Source of the DNA: Mytilus trossulus
Lineage: Eukaryota
Length of the DNA stretch: 64,000 bases
Assembly (NCBI RefSeq): GCF_036588685.1
Contig: NC_086380.1
Location: 10,277,347 to 10,341,346, forward strand
Direction: 5' to 3'
Shown one piece after another: positions 1 through 12,539 of this stretch. Within the stretch, counting starts at the first letter, position 1; each line of letters starts with the position of its first letter. The notes under the pieces are model-generated. The model saw nothing but the letters and a program-made list of their open reading frames with translations, was not told the DNA's origin and did no database searches. A program made the position numbers and the translations under genes.

Positions 1-1203
1 TCACCTAGTTAATCTCATTTGTTGCTCTTAATTGTGTATTACCTTAGAGTGAAGCCACAGCTAATGTTGGTCCTATCAGGAAAAATTAATTGTACAGTTA
101 GAAAGGAAATAATATTTCATGTTTTTGTTTTATCAAATCCTTCAAAAGGAAGGTGACAAATCTTTGTTTTTATTTTCATTTTATAGCGTTTACATTTCCT
201 TTGCTCTTACACATGTTTAATTTCTACATCTATCAATATGATAATAAAAAGTACACAATCTCTTCATCGATTTTTTTTTTATTTCTTCATCTTTCAATAT
301 AATCCTAAAAAATATTTTAATGTATGTGATAACAAAATGCATTCTTGTCGCTAAATAGCTTCTTGTTGCTTTTTGTCGCTTATTATTTTTCTTCTTGTCG
401 CTTCTTGACGCTTTTTGTCGCTAATTAGTGAGACCCCACATGCGTGTAGTTTTCCTGATTTCAAGGGGTATCAGATTGAGTGATTCCCCGCTTCATTGAT
501 TAATTTGAAACTCATGGGATTCTTTCTATGTCTGTCTGCATATGGAGGGCTATTGTTGTTGCATAATTTTAAATCACATGCATAATTTAAATTAAAATAA
601 ATGTTTCATCGTAAAAATTACCTATAACACCCCTTCAGCAGAAATGGAATCTTCCATGTTATCGTTTCGAGTTGTCTCCCTTTTCGAAGTATTCGTCAAG
701 AAGAATTAACTCGTTAATGCCGGTAAACGTCGTATTATATTAAGAACGATCTCAATGTAAACAGAGGAGTGTGTACGGAAAGGAGTCATGCCCTCTGACC
801 CAAAGGAACTTCAATAATTAAAGAGTAAGAAATGGGTTTCCTCCTAAACTGGTCCGCCGTTCTATATATAGCTTCGCACCGAAGGTCAGTGTAGCGATAA
901 GTGAACACAATATGATAGGGGTCCAGTTTAGGGTTCCTCCTAGAATTACGGTGATAAGATACGGAAGCAAGTTAACTCGTACCACGGCATTGGAACCAAA
1001 AAAGTTAACTTGTACTACTGGGAAGTCGTAACATTCAGAAAAATATATAAAAAATATGATGTTTTATGGGTTTCTGTTTGTAAACTTAATAGAAATAAAG
1101 TTGAATTACTTGAATTTTACACAGGAGTTAAATGAAAACTTAGACAAAAATAAAGAATGTTTTGAAGCATTAATGTTTTAACTGATCTTTCAAACTAGAA
1201 CGT

Positions 1204-1341
1204 AGGCGGATCCAGCCCCCCCCCCCTTTTTTTGGAAAAAATTTGGTTGATAATAAAGGGAATCATTGAAGCATGACTGGAGCGGGCCCCCTCTTAGGTC
1301 AGTCAGCGGGCTCCCCCTTAGGAAAAGTTCTGGATCCGCCA
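1204..1341. repeat. Inverted-repeat-bounded segment with C13 homopolymer
   Basis: ggcggatccag (1204-1214) and ctggatccgcc (1331-1341) are perfect inverted 11-mers. Between them lie 'ccccccccccccc tttttttt' and GC-rich blocks (gggccccc, gggctccccc) that are unusual for this AT-rich window. Confidence 0.4.
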
Positions 1342-3949
1342 CTGTAGAACTTAATCCAGAGGAAAGTTAAAACATTGCTTTAACTGTACCTTATTAAAAT
1401 TGATCATGTTGAATATGTATATATCCAATTTAAGTTAATTAAAGCTGTAATCCATGATCACAAATTGAATGCTATGTTTACAATTGTTGAAAGCCATGTG
1501 CTTTTTTTGCAGGGAAAATGCGGACCCCCTTAACAGGAATCAGTTAAATTTCATTGTTACATTTATTTATAGACAGTAAAAATAATTTTGGCAATCATTT
1601 TGACTAACTGCTAAGATTTTATTATTCATGAAAAATTTTCTTTGGGTGAAACTGTATATACCTTAATTATCTACATCTGCCACAGTATTTTCTATCCAAT
1701 ATACAAGGAACATAAGCTACACATTGGTCATTGTACTTTCAAATTATATACATTTTACAGACTTAAGAGGTATTGGGTGAAAGTAAGGTATATCATGTAT
1801 ATTCATCATTTAACACCATTTGAATGCATTTAAATAAGTTGGTACGAGTTAGCAATGGTTCGATTTTTTTTTTTAATGGTACGAGTTTACAATGGTACAG
1901 GATAACTATAATTCGATAAAACACACTAAGTACATGGCGCATACACTTGTAACGGGGATTGGCTATTCTTTAAGTTGAGTGACTATTCAGATTGTTACAT
2001 TTTGCATGTGCAGTTGAATTAGTTTAGAGAATAATACTATCCAGCTGTACCAGGGTTACCGGCCAAAAATGCTTGAGACTCGCGCATGTTCATGCTTTTT
2101 TTGCAACAGTATTCTTGGATCTATTTCTTTCCTCTTTGATCTTTTGAATTTTGGCCAAATCTCATGCATTTGTTTAATGAAAATTTGGCAGAACTGCTAT
2201 ACATGTGTCAATGAAAACTATGGCAATCGTATCCCTCAGAGCATTCTGCTCTTTGATTTTACCTCTTGATAGATAAGATAAATGTCTATGGTTTCAGATA
2301 AGGTATCACTCTCATCAAGTGAACTTTTCCTTGTCCTTTGAACCAAACTTTTGTTACATTTTCACCTTCTCCTTGCAATATTTTGTATCATTGTTGCACC
2401 AAAAAAAAGTTATATTTCACCATGTTTACTATTGGAAATGAAATCTATGGAAATTTCAAATGCATAAGCTAAGTTTTTAAGCCTTGTTTGTGAAAAAGGT
2501 AGGGAAACAGGTAGTTTAAAAATTATGAGTGTCACTTTTTTGGATTTTTCCCTAACGGTGTATCGCTACCTTAAGTAAAATCTACACCAAAGTCAAGTAC
2601 ATATAAGTATTGAACTAAATAAAAATATCATTTACAGCAACAAAAGACAACAGAATAACGGGATCCTAGATTAGGACAGGTACATGAAGACTGTGGCGGG
2701 ATTTAACTTTTTCGTGTGTGCCAACCCATTAACTTATCTGAGATAATGTTGAAACAGTTCAACATGTGAACAAATTATGAAAATCTGCAGAAATGGGCTT
2801 TACAAGTCAGACCAGTAGAAGTAACAAAAAATAATAAACACATAGACAGGACATGACAGAGTATTTATCCATCTCTACAACAAAAAAGACACTAATTACA
2901 GATCTTTCGAATATTCGCAGGGACTGATTTTTTTTTAAAGTCCAATTACATCTTTTTAAAAATCATTTGTCTAAGATTTCGGTATCAATCATTACAATGC
3001 CAACATTTTGTGGATCTAGTGTAAAGGCGACATTTACAACCGACAAAACATAGATATCAACACATCGTTGTGATTGTACATGAAGGCAGTAAAATACCGA
3101 TGTTCGAAAGTCACAAATCGATTGAAATTGAATTTGTACATAACATTAAAATTAGTTGGGTATTAAATTACGGATAACAAAACAATAATTATACCAATAA
3201 AACAATGTTTTTAACGAACAAATATCATCAAGATAACGATTAGTGTTACTAAAACTATCAAGAAAATGCAGTTGTGACGGGTCCTCACTAGAAAGTGTGA
3301 TTATATCAACATGAACAAAAAAGAGCAATTCTGTCATATAAGAGGCGCAGTGATGTCAGCTTGGATTAACTCTTAATATGTTAAATAAAAGTCATACCAG
3401 TGTAAGGTTCAAATAGGTTTATGCCACCACTTTCTTTGTAAAAGTCTGGAATATGTCACTCGTGTCCCATTTGTTTCGTTATTTGATATTGCCTTAAATG
3501 TTGTTATTTTTTTAATGGATTTCTCCATTTTGTTTTAATTTACCTTGGGTTTCTGACAGTTTTTAACGACAAGTAGATCTCTCTTTAAGAAAAGTCACCG
3601 GCATTTCACGGGTTACATGAAGGACTGCTATCTTAAAATATAAGTTGTTCAATCCCGCCATTCATTCATGTGACGGTCTTGAATTAAGGAATATAGTCAG
3701 TTGTTTTAATAATATGAAATATTTAGTAACTCTGGATTCGGTGTACATTACAGATCCTTTATAGTCAGTGCAGAGTTAAAAAGTAATTTTAGGAGAAGAG
3801 TCGATGTTCAGCTTGTTTTGAACAATGTCTAGTGATGCATTTATCCACTAGATTTGTTCTATTTTTTATTGTGAGGTATTTCCTCTTCTTCTCTCTTTCC
3901 CTTTTTGCTTCATTATTCATATATATGTGTAGTACAATGGTACTATAAA

Positions 3950-4160
3950 GCATGATGGTCAAGCTTAAATCCGATTCGTCTACGCTAAAGGTCGATGGTG
4001 TCCGTCGCTGGAGTGCGATATGACGATCATACCAAAATATTTATAAAGCCAAACAAGTACAAAGTTGAAGAGCATTGAGGATCCAAAATTCCAAAAAGTT
4101 GTGAAAAATACGACTACGGTTATCTATGCCTGGGATAAGAAAATCCTTAGTTTTTCGAAA
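3950..4160 (-). mobile_element. Degenerate reverse-oriented retrozyme-family fragment
   Basis: The reverse complement matches ggattttcttat...tttggaattttggatcctcaatgctcttcaactttgtacttgtttggctttataaatattttgGtatgaTcgtcaTatcg. The HHR position is mutated. Confidence 0.4.
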
Positions 4161-5789
4161 AATTCAAAGTTTTGTAACAGGAAATACATTATTCTTGTTA
4201 TTGTTTAGCGTACGATCTGATAGTTGTCCAAAAAGTGTAATAGTTACATTGCAGTAGTTAGTTTATACGGAATTAAGAGGTAGTTGTTTTTTGTTCGTTT
4301 ATTGTTGTTTATTTAAATTACGATGCTATTTTTCTCATTTGAATTGCTTCACACTAGTTGTATTGAGGCCCTTTGGTCGTAATAAAATACTATGCGGTGT
4401 ACATGCTGTAAGACAAATCGAATGTTCCACGTTAAAGGTCATACTGTAATAAAGGTTGCATTAATTACATCAAGTCATATTGGCAATCATATGATGATAC
4501 TATGCATCTAGGTTGCTGTAATTTTAAGATAAAAAAAAATGTATACTTATATAGAATTATCTAATTAGAAAGTAAAAAGGTATTGTTTTTACTACCCTAG
4601 CTGTTTTTAATTAAATTTTATTTTACAATTTTACAAATTAAGTTAACCTCGAGCTCCTCCGCAATGTTCAAGATTGATATTATTTGTTTCTTTCGTCCTT
4701 TATGTCTTGTGTTATAAAACAAACCCTTAATCTCGACAAACCCTTAATCTCGACAAACCTTCTCCTCATGACACTGTTAAACGTTGCCAACGTTGATAAT
4801 TTGTGGGAAAATACACTGTAGTGTTTTAAAATGAAAAACGCAGATCATCGCACTTTATTAGTGGATAACATTGTCGCACTTAAGGAGTAGGACATCACAC
4901 TTTATCGTGACAATAACGGGTAAAACATTACGAATTAAAACAAACATGACAAATGCGTTGCACATATTTAACCTTGTAATTTTATATCTTTTGACCTATC
5001 TTTAAGTGAGGGTAAATAGATATAAATCAATAAGATTATTCGACATTATTCGAGTAGATAAAAAAGAAATACTATTAAGTATGTGCACTTTGAATAGTCA
5101 CATGTTATTATTTAGTACTGCCTTCACAACCATGGATTTCATTTATAGAAGTTGACCGAATTTTTCACAACTCATTCATTTCATTTAATAAGTGATTGTT
5201 AACTCACTTCTTAACCGTAGATTCATATCTCGTCATAGCTCGTCGAATTGAAAATCAACATAGTTGATGTAAATTGGTTACTACAAATGGAGACGGGAGT
5301 TGGCCTTCAAACGTTTAGAACAACGACGAAAGGCAAGTTTGAAAGATTTATTTTTACTTACGGAATGCTTTATTATTTTATTGCTTCACCATGTTTCATT
5401 TGTGTTATAACATCAGGAATGAGGATTGAATATACAACACAATTCTGATAACAACTAGAGAAGAACAAATGTTCAACGGAAAGATAAACAGTACTTGAAA
5501 AGCTGAGGGCTACGTCGCTCATGGTGAAATATAATCCGATGATAACGATGATTGTCCACAAAGATTCTGTAGTTGTACTCAAGTGTCAATATAGCATAGG
5601 CCGAAATATTACGCGTTTAGTGATTCATTTGAAATGTACATAGGAAATTCATCTGTAAATCAAATAGACAGACTCGTTTTAACAACTAACGAAGGTTATA
5701 TGCGAAAGATATCTTAGTGACATACAAATTAATATTAAAGTCAAAACTTCATGGCAGAAAACTAAAAAGACCGACAGATAATTACAGTA

Positions 5790-6015
5790 TACACTTGTGA
5801 ATTGCTGGGTCCTGTGAAATCACAAAAACACTAAACTCCGAGGAAAATTCAAAACAGAAAGTCCCTAATTAAATGGCAAAATCAAATGATAGAACACGCC
5901 AAAGGAATGGACAACAACTGTCATTTCTGACTTGGAACAGGAATTTTCAAATGTAGAAAATGATGGATTGAACCTTGTTTTATAGCGCTAAATCCCTCAC
6001 TTGTATGACAGTCAC
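5790..6015 (+). repeat. Family B2 short repeat (shares the cctgacttgg.acagg...aatgtagaaaatg.tggatt.aacc core)
   Basis: It is ~85% identical to 33790-34015. The six-frame ORF 5921..6166 (-) lies inside it and is not a gene. Confidence 0.5.
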
Positions 6016-6448
6016 ATATTAATAAAGATGATTTTTGATGGGTGTCAATTTGAGTCATTTGTTTTGATTCTCGTTTGGTCATAATATTTCCCATTTTCCA
6101 TATCAATGTGCGTATGCATCTTTTACTTTCATGGTTTGAGGTTGAAGTATTCCTGACGAAAGGCAAATTTAATAAAATGTCATTTCATTTTCAACCTTAG
6201 TTTTGATGTTGTTTTTTTTTTTTATTTTTAAATGCTTCTTCTTTGTTGTGATATGTTTTTACAATGAAAACCTTAAGAAGGATAAAAGAAAAGTATATGA
6301 AAAATTACTTATACGTTGTATTTTTGATGTTTATGTAACTTGTACCAGTATATTCATTACCTATTTATTTAATTTCAGCCAGTATTTGACAAATTGATGT
6401 ACCTATGTTGTAAATGTATTATGTGGTGAAAGATAAACTGGATTTGAT

Positions 6449-6760
6449 ATGATGGCAGAGTCTAGTTATTTATATGTTGCAGCAATAGATTTTGGAACAA
6501 CCTATTCTGGTTATGCGTTTTCATCTTATGCCGATTTCAAACGAGATCCACTAGAGATCCATGCAAACCAATCATGGAATGCTGAGAGTAGAGAACTTGC
6601 GTCGTTAAAAACACCTACAAGTCTGCTTCTTGATAGTGACAAAAAGTTTGTTGCATTTGGATACGAAGCAGAAAATGAATATGCCGATTTAATTGGTGAC
6701 CAACTTCATGGAGATTACTTTTTCTTTTCAAGAATTAAAATGATATTGTATCAAAACAAG
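6449..6760 (+). CDS. HSP70 family member 12 (HSPA12A/B-like), coding exon 1 (start codon to GT donor)
   Basis: ORF MMAESSYLYVAAIDFGTTYSGYAF... carries the actin-like ATPase phosphate-1 motif (IDFGTTYSGYA) typical of HSPA12 N-termini. A 'aag|gtacat' donor at 6760/6761 leaves phase 0. The upstream acceptor-like 'atttcag' at ~6378 suggests this exon may also carry 5'UTR, with a possible non-coding exon upstream. Confidence 0.75.
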
Positions 6761-7589
6761 GTACATATATGAAGTTAAATCAAAATTACATATTACAATG
6801 TTTGCAATTTATAACTTAAAATGTGCATAACAAGTAATTTGACAAAACAGGCTATGGTATTAAGTTTTCTAAAAGGGGCACTAGCTGTCAAATTTTTGTT
6901 CAGTGATTTGCCGAAAATTATCATAATTGATTTATAACAATGTTAAACATTTATCCAAACTATTAAAAGTCGAAAATAAACAGTTAACATGGCATTGGTT
7001 CGATATTATGCAGCTTCTTTTCGTGTGTACTTTGGTTTAGACGCCATCTAATTAATGATTGGGTAGATTAAAAATATATGTTAAATTTTATGATCTTTAT
7101 AAGAATGATTTTTGTGGATCGAATCAGTTAATTACATGAATAACCTTTGTTTCGCTTTCAAAATTGACATTATTTTCCTTTAAATAACTTTACATGCACA
7201 CTGTATGTGTTATCCGTCTCTAGCTAAGGCTTTGAATTGAAGTTCACATGAATACGGATTCAATGAGGTCGAATTATTCACTTACAAGGGAATAATTTAT
7301 CATCAATGTTTCTTAGCTTATTTGACAAAATTGAACCATATTGGCTGCTAAAGAGAATGATTATTTCACTATTTCATTTTCATTATTGATTGAACAAACA
7401 AACAATCATATATTAGATTTTATATATATCTCGTATTAAGTGCCCATTCTAGCACGTATTTTTCAAAATATAGTTTATGAGCTTTGATGGAAATACGTTA
7501 CTGAATACAATTGATAACAACACGTTGGATAATTAAATGAGTCCGAAACGCTTGTCTGGATAAAAGAGGGAGGTTTTGGCATGCCACAA

Positions 7590-7995
7590 AACCAGGTTCA
7601 ACTCACCATTTTTTCTTTAAAAATGTCCTGTACCAAGTCAGGAATATGGCCATTGTTATATTATAGTTTGTTTCTGTGTGTGTTACATTTTAACGTTTTG
7701 TTTTCGTTGTGTCGTTTGTTTTCTCTTATTTTTGAGTGTGAATTCAGATTACTTTAAGACGTGTCACGGTACTTATCTTTCCCAGATTCATATATTTCGT
7801 TTTGATGTTATATTTGTTATTCTTATAGGATTTTGGCTAATACTTAGTCCGTTTCTGTGTGTGTTACATTTTAATGTTGTGTCGTTTTTCTCCTCTTATA
7901 TTTGATGCGTTTCCATCAGTTTTAGTTTGTTACCCCGAGTTTGTTTTGTCCATGGATTTATGAGTTTTAAATAGCGATATACTACTGTTGCCTTT
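7590..7995 (-). repeat. Family B copy in inverted orientation relative to 8541-9320 (with a 60-bp internal duplication at 7840-7900)
   Basis: The reverse complement of 7560-7995 aligns to 8541-8960 at roughly 85% identity (by eye). The two copies are ~550 bp apart inside HSPA12-like intron 1. Confidence 0.55.
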
Positions 7996-8540
7996 ATTTA
8001 CCTTCATCAGAAAAGCTCAAACAAAACAACTGAAATCCGAGGATGTATAAGTACCGTGCCCGTTGAAGAGTTATATGAAACAAAATACTTACAATAAATA
8101 GATTATTCATCTTCAGTCGTTTTTCCTTGAGGGAATGCAAATCTTAACATATAACTTTCAAGTGACATTTAAAATTTTTGGGAAAAAACGAATTAGAACA
8201 AAAATAGTATAACTAATCACGACCGTCAATCAGTTAATCGGGAAGATTATATCAAACACTAAATTGCTGTTAAATCGTGAAAGCAACAGAATCGGGAGAA
8301 ACATGCAACGTCAAATAATATTATAAGTTAAAGAATTATAATGACGATTTAAAACCTACTGTTAGGAGAACAAGCGAAGAATATTCTATCCATTACATTT
8401 TAAAATCGTCACTTCCCGTTTACTCAAATTTACTACTAGCTTTTATTAAATCATAGGTTTCTCATACAAATTCCAAACATTTATGATTTTTATGTACTTC
8501 TGCCTTATGTAAGTGAGACAAATGTCTACCTTTGGTCAAG

Positions 8541-9320
8541 AAAGGCAACATTAGTGTATCTCTGTTCAAAACTCATAAACCCATGGACAAAAACTAAATC
8601 GGGGTAAGAAACTAAAACTGAGGGAAACGCATTTAATATAAGAAGACAACAACGACACAACATTAAATTTTAACACACACAGAAACAAAATCCTATGAGA
8701 ATAACAAATCTAACATCAAAACCAAATACATGATTTTGGGATAGATAAGTACTGTGACACTTCTTATAGTTATGTGAATTCACACTCAAAAATAAGAGAA
8801 AACAAACGACACAACTGAAAAACAACGTTAAAATGTAACATACACAGAAACGAACTATAATATAACAATGGCCATAATCCTGACTTGGTACATGACATTT
8901 TTAAAGGAAAAAATGGTGGGTTGAACCTGATTTTGTGGCATGACAAACCTCCCTTTTTTATTGACATGTGAAATATAACATCGAAATGACAATACAACAT
9001 TACAAGACTACAATATAAATAAATAGGAGAACATTATTGACAAAGAAACACACAAATAATAGCTAACAAAAGGCAACAAGTTTAAAATTTTAATACGCCA
9101 AGAGTGCATTTTGTCCACACAAGACATACTAGTGACGCCCAGATACAAAAGTTTGAAAGCCGAAACAAGTTCAAAGTTGAACAGCATCGAGGACCAAAAG
9201 TTAACAAAATTGTGCCAAAAACGGCCAGGGTTTTCTGTTAGGTACCAGAAAATCCCTATAATAATTTATACTTTTGCAAACAGTATTTTTTATAAAATGA
9301 CTATACAAAAGATATGCATG
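8541..9320 (+). repeat. Interspersed repeat family B (SINE-like/retroelement-tail-like, ~800 bp composite)
   Basis: It has the head aaggcaac(a)gtagtata..c.gttc.aaa.tcataaa, an A-rich body, and the core cctgacttggtaca...ggtgggttgaacctg.ttttgt.gc...aaacctccc. That core is shared with the retroelement tail at 41700-41790. Its 3' part (9120-9320) is homologous to the reverse retrozyme body. Copies lie at 17570-17930 (+), 60540-61120 (+) and 7590-7995 (-). Confidence 0.55.
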
Positions 9321-10108
9321 ATAAAACTGAAGTATTAACTAATTACAGGAAACAACCGATGTACATTGCATAACCCGCCAAAATGCAACACAAAAAATAA
9401 ACACATCCGAACAAATTAAAACCTTAACGCCAAGTGACGTCATATTTTAAATTCTAAGAAATGACAAAAAAATGACATCACATTTGAATATGTAAAACAG
9501 ATCATCAAAAAATTAAAAATGACGTCACATTTGAATGAATAAGATAGAATTAGGATTGGTTCAAGGTTATAATGAACTAAATACTGATATTACATAGAGT
9601 AACAATGCACATTTCAATACTTATGAATAGCAAACTCAGGTAGCAATTAACTATATTATATAACTATGTCCGGTTTGTTTTGAATCTAACTTCAAACGTA
9701 AAACATCGTACAGATTACGTTGAACAAAATCAAATCTAATAAATGAAGGCGGTGATTAATTTTCTTTACCATTACACATCAATATAATAAAAAAAGACGT
9801 CAACACATTTGACAAAATCCGATGAGAATTACAAATATAACATTAAATATTAAACTGGATACATGAATTTGGGATAGATAAGCACCTTAACACGTAAAGA
9901 CCATGTCACTTCTTGTCTCATAAGATAGCTTTTTCACACTGATGATACATGAAAAAATACCATTAATTTCGAGTTTTGTTTTCATAATTATTATTAGATA
10001 TTTTCTCTGTAAAATGTCAAAATATATATCTGAAACTCCGATAATAAATATTTTGAAGTTAAATGACCTTATTTTTTGTCGATATCTAATATTGTACATG
10101 TTTTCTAG

Positions 10109-10327
10109 AATTTATCGAAAGATTTAATGATTGAAGATATTAGTGGCAAATCAGTTCTGGCTCTAGATGTATTTTCCTTATCAATAAAAGCACTGAAAGA
10201 TCATTTCGTTGAAAGAGTTAAAAAACTGGTGAAAAATATCAGAGTAGATGATATTTTGTGGGTACTAACAGTGCCAGCCATATGGAATGATAATGCAAAA
10301 CTGTTTATGAGGACAAGTGCTGAACAG
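10109..10327 (+). CDS. HSPA12-like coding exon 2
   Basis: A 'ttttctag|AAT' acceptor is followed by an in-frame ORF NLSKDLMIEDISGKSVLALDVFS...ILWVLTVPAIWNDNAKLFMRTSAEQ. (LTVPAIW..AK.FMR is an HSPA12 hallmark.) The donor is 'cag|gtagtt' at 10327/10328. The exon is 219 nt (73 codons) in phase 0, continuous with exons 1 and 3. Confidence 0.7.
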
Positions 10328-11237
10328 GTAGTTTTTGTTTTACATATGTATTTAAGCATCTTTTGTAGCCAAGTGTTACGATCCACTCTGAAAAAAGGGG
10401 AGTGGATCGAAACTATTGGTTAGCTAAGATAGTATTGAAGGGGATATTTATGCATTGGTATTACTAAAACTTTCAATTTTAGATAAATCATTGTCATTGA
10501 GAATGGAGAGTCGAGAGTCTACATATAAGACATTTTAATAAAGAATCATCGCAAAATTATTTCATTATTGCATGATTGCATTAAAACATTGTTACTTATA
10601 ATGCCAATTTAAACTGTTCAGCAAACAATTGAATATGATAGTTTATCCACTCAATCATTCAAACCAAATCAGTGTACCTTCTTACAAATTAAACTTTTAA
10701 TGAGCGGAGGAAACATTGTTCATACTTCTGACTGCGCAAATATTCTATTCTTAAAATACGTTTACAACTATCAGATTTTTAACAGAGGATTATTTGTAAA
10801 ACGACAAATAGAGTATAAACACATAATTTCGGAACCAATATAAAAAAAATGTTCAACATTAAACAAGTTATATAAAAAAAACATGTCGTTTAATTGATTT
10901 AAGGCGACGACATATAACAATAGTCCCCCAATTGCACATTTTGCCTGATTAGTCGAACATGTTTATTACTATGGTGGTATTTTACTATCTTCAAATGAAT
11001 GACCTCGTAGCATTTGACCAATGTAAACATTCGTATACAATGTGAATGTAAAATGTAAAAAAGATAGTGCTTTTTCATATGTTCATGGCGTCTTTCCACT
11101 TATTCATTAGTTTGTGTTCATATAGATATTATAGACTGGAAAAGCGTTATTTCATATGGATTCGATGCCTAAATATTTATTTTCATTAGTAGTTTGTTAT
11201 ATGTTATACAATAGTTCAAAGATTGATATTATCACAG

Positions 11238-11391
11238 GCAGGCATACTTTCACACAAACTTCGTATAGCCCTTGAACCAGAAGCAGCTTCAATTTACTGC
11301 CAAACGCAGCCCATTCAAAAAAGTGCTGATGCTGGCCCTGAAATAGTTGTTGCTCCGGTAGGAACGAAATATATAGTAGCTGACTTGGGAG
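11238..11391 (+). CDS. HSPA12-like coding exon 3
   Basis: A 'atcacag|GCAGGC' acceptor leads into AGILSHKLRIALEPEAASIYCQTQPIQKSADAGPEIVVAPVGTKYIVADLG(G). The donor 'ggag|gtaagg' leaves 1 nt (phase 1). The LEPEAA and DLGG motifs match HSP70/HSPA12. Confidence 0.8.
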
Positions 11392-11646
11392 GTAAGGTAT
11401 AAAATTATAAGTTAATCATAATTTAAAAAAGCGTCTTACTTCCCGAACTATATACGTATCAAATATATTCAAGCAAGACAGTCCGTTACATAGATATAGG
11501 AAGATGTGGAATGAGTGCCAATGAGACATCTCTTCATCAAAATAACAATTTATAAAAGTACACAACTATACATCTTATACATCGAAAATATATTTTTATG
11601 TTCATTCAATATATATCTACAGCCAGTCGGTATTCCAATGTTTTTT

Positions 11647-12248
11647 ATACCCCCGCTTTAAAAAAAAAGGGGGGGGTATACTGTTTTACCTCTGACTGTC
11701 AGTCCGTCCGTCATTCAGTCCTTCCCATGAAAATTTCGTCACATTTTTCTCAGGAACTACAATACAAGGATTTCTGAAATTTGGTTTCAGGATTTATCTA
11801 AGTCAGCTATACTGTGTGATGCGTTTTCAGACCGATCACTTGACAACTTCCTGTTTACCGAACACTTGTATAATTTTACACATGATAGCCAAGTTGAAAA
11901 TTTTCGTCACATTTTTCTCAGGAACTACAACACAAGGATTTCTGAAATTTGATTTCAGGATTTATATAAGTCAGCTATACCGTGTGATGCGTTTTCAGAT
12001 TGATCACTTAGCATCTTCCTGTTTACCGAACACTTGTATAATTTTACACATGATAGCCAAGTTGAAAATTTTTGTCACATTTTTCTCAGGAACTACAATA
12101 CAAGGATTTCTGAAATTTGGTTTCAGGATTTATATAAGTCAGCTATACCGTGTGATGCCTTTTCAGATTCATCACTTGACAACTTCCTGTTTACTGAACA
12201 CTTGCATATTTTTACACTATTAATATTATCCACTTGCGGCGGGGGTAT
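11647..12248. mobile_element. TIR-flanked element containing a 3-copy ~168-bp tandem (satellite-like) array
   Basis: TATACCCCCGC at 11647-11657 (itself part of a hairpin tataccccc-gcttt-a9-ggggggggtata) is the inverted complement of GCGGCGGGGGTAT at 12236-12248. Three tandem units (~11730-11897, 11898-12065, 12066-12230) share 90-95% identity. Confidence 0.5.
11730..12230. repeat. Tandem repeat, 3 x ~168 bp
   Basis: The unit is gaaaatttcgtcacatttttctcaggaactacaatacaaggatttctgaaatttggtttcaggatttat.taagtcagctatac.gtgtgatgcgttttcaga..gatcactt...ttcctgtttaccgaacacttgtataattttacacatgatagccaagtt. ORF 11816..12223 (135 aa) is an artefact of this periodicity. Confidence 0.8.
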
Positions 12249-12539
12249 CACCAGTGAGCAGTAGCTCGCAGTTTCACTTGTTTCTGTTTGTAGTAACTTA
12301 CTGACGTTTTTGTTTGTAACTCTTATGATGCAGCGTTAGTGCAAAACCTTCTCAAAGAAAAGAAAAGAAAGGCATCTACCCATTTTTTTCTTATTTGCGT
12401 TGGATATATTGATTATAATCAAATTACCAAAATAAGTGCTCGTATCACATATACCTATGTAAACTGTGTATTCAAGGTATTACCGAAACTAGAAGGCTAC
12501 TTCAAAGATAGATTTTCACATCGAAATTGACACCGAAAG

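Noticed and set aside
5921-6166. 81-aa minus-strand ORF
   Set aside because: It overlaps the family-B2 SINE-like repeat (also at 33790-34015).
8541-8585. tRNA-like B-box resemblance (GTTCGAAAT) in the head of family-B repeats, suggesting tRNA-derived SINEs
   Set aside because: No convincing A box at the proper spacing and no cloverleaf could be drawn by eye. The head may simply be part of an older retroelement tail. This needs tRNAscan/Infernal to decide.
10101-10120. Heat-shock-element-like TTCtaGAAttTatCGAA immediately upstream of exon 2
   Set aside because: It is inside an intron and overlaps the splice acceptor. Only two to three nGAAn units are in register, so it is most likely chance in AT-rich sequence.
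11816-12223. 135-aa ORF on the plus strand
   Set aside because: It lies entirely within the 3x168-bp tandem repeat, and the protein shows the same period-56-aa repetition. It is an artefact of repeat periodicity, not a gene.
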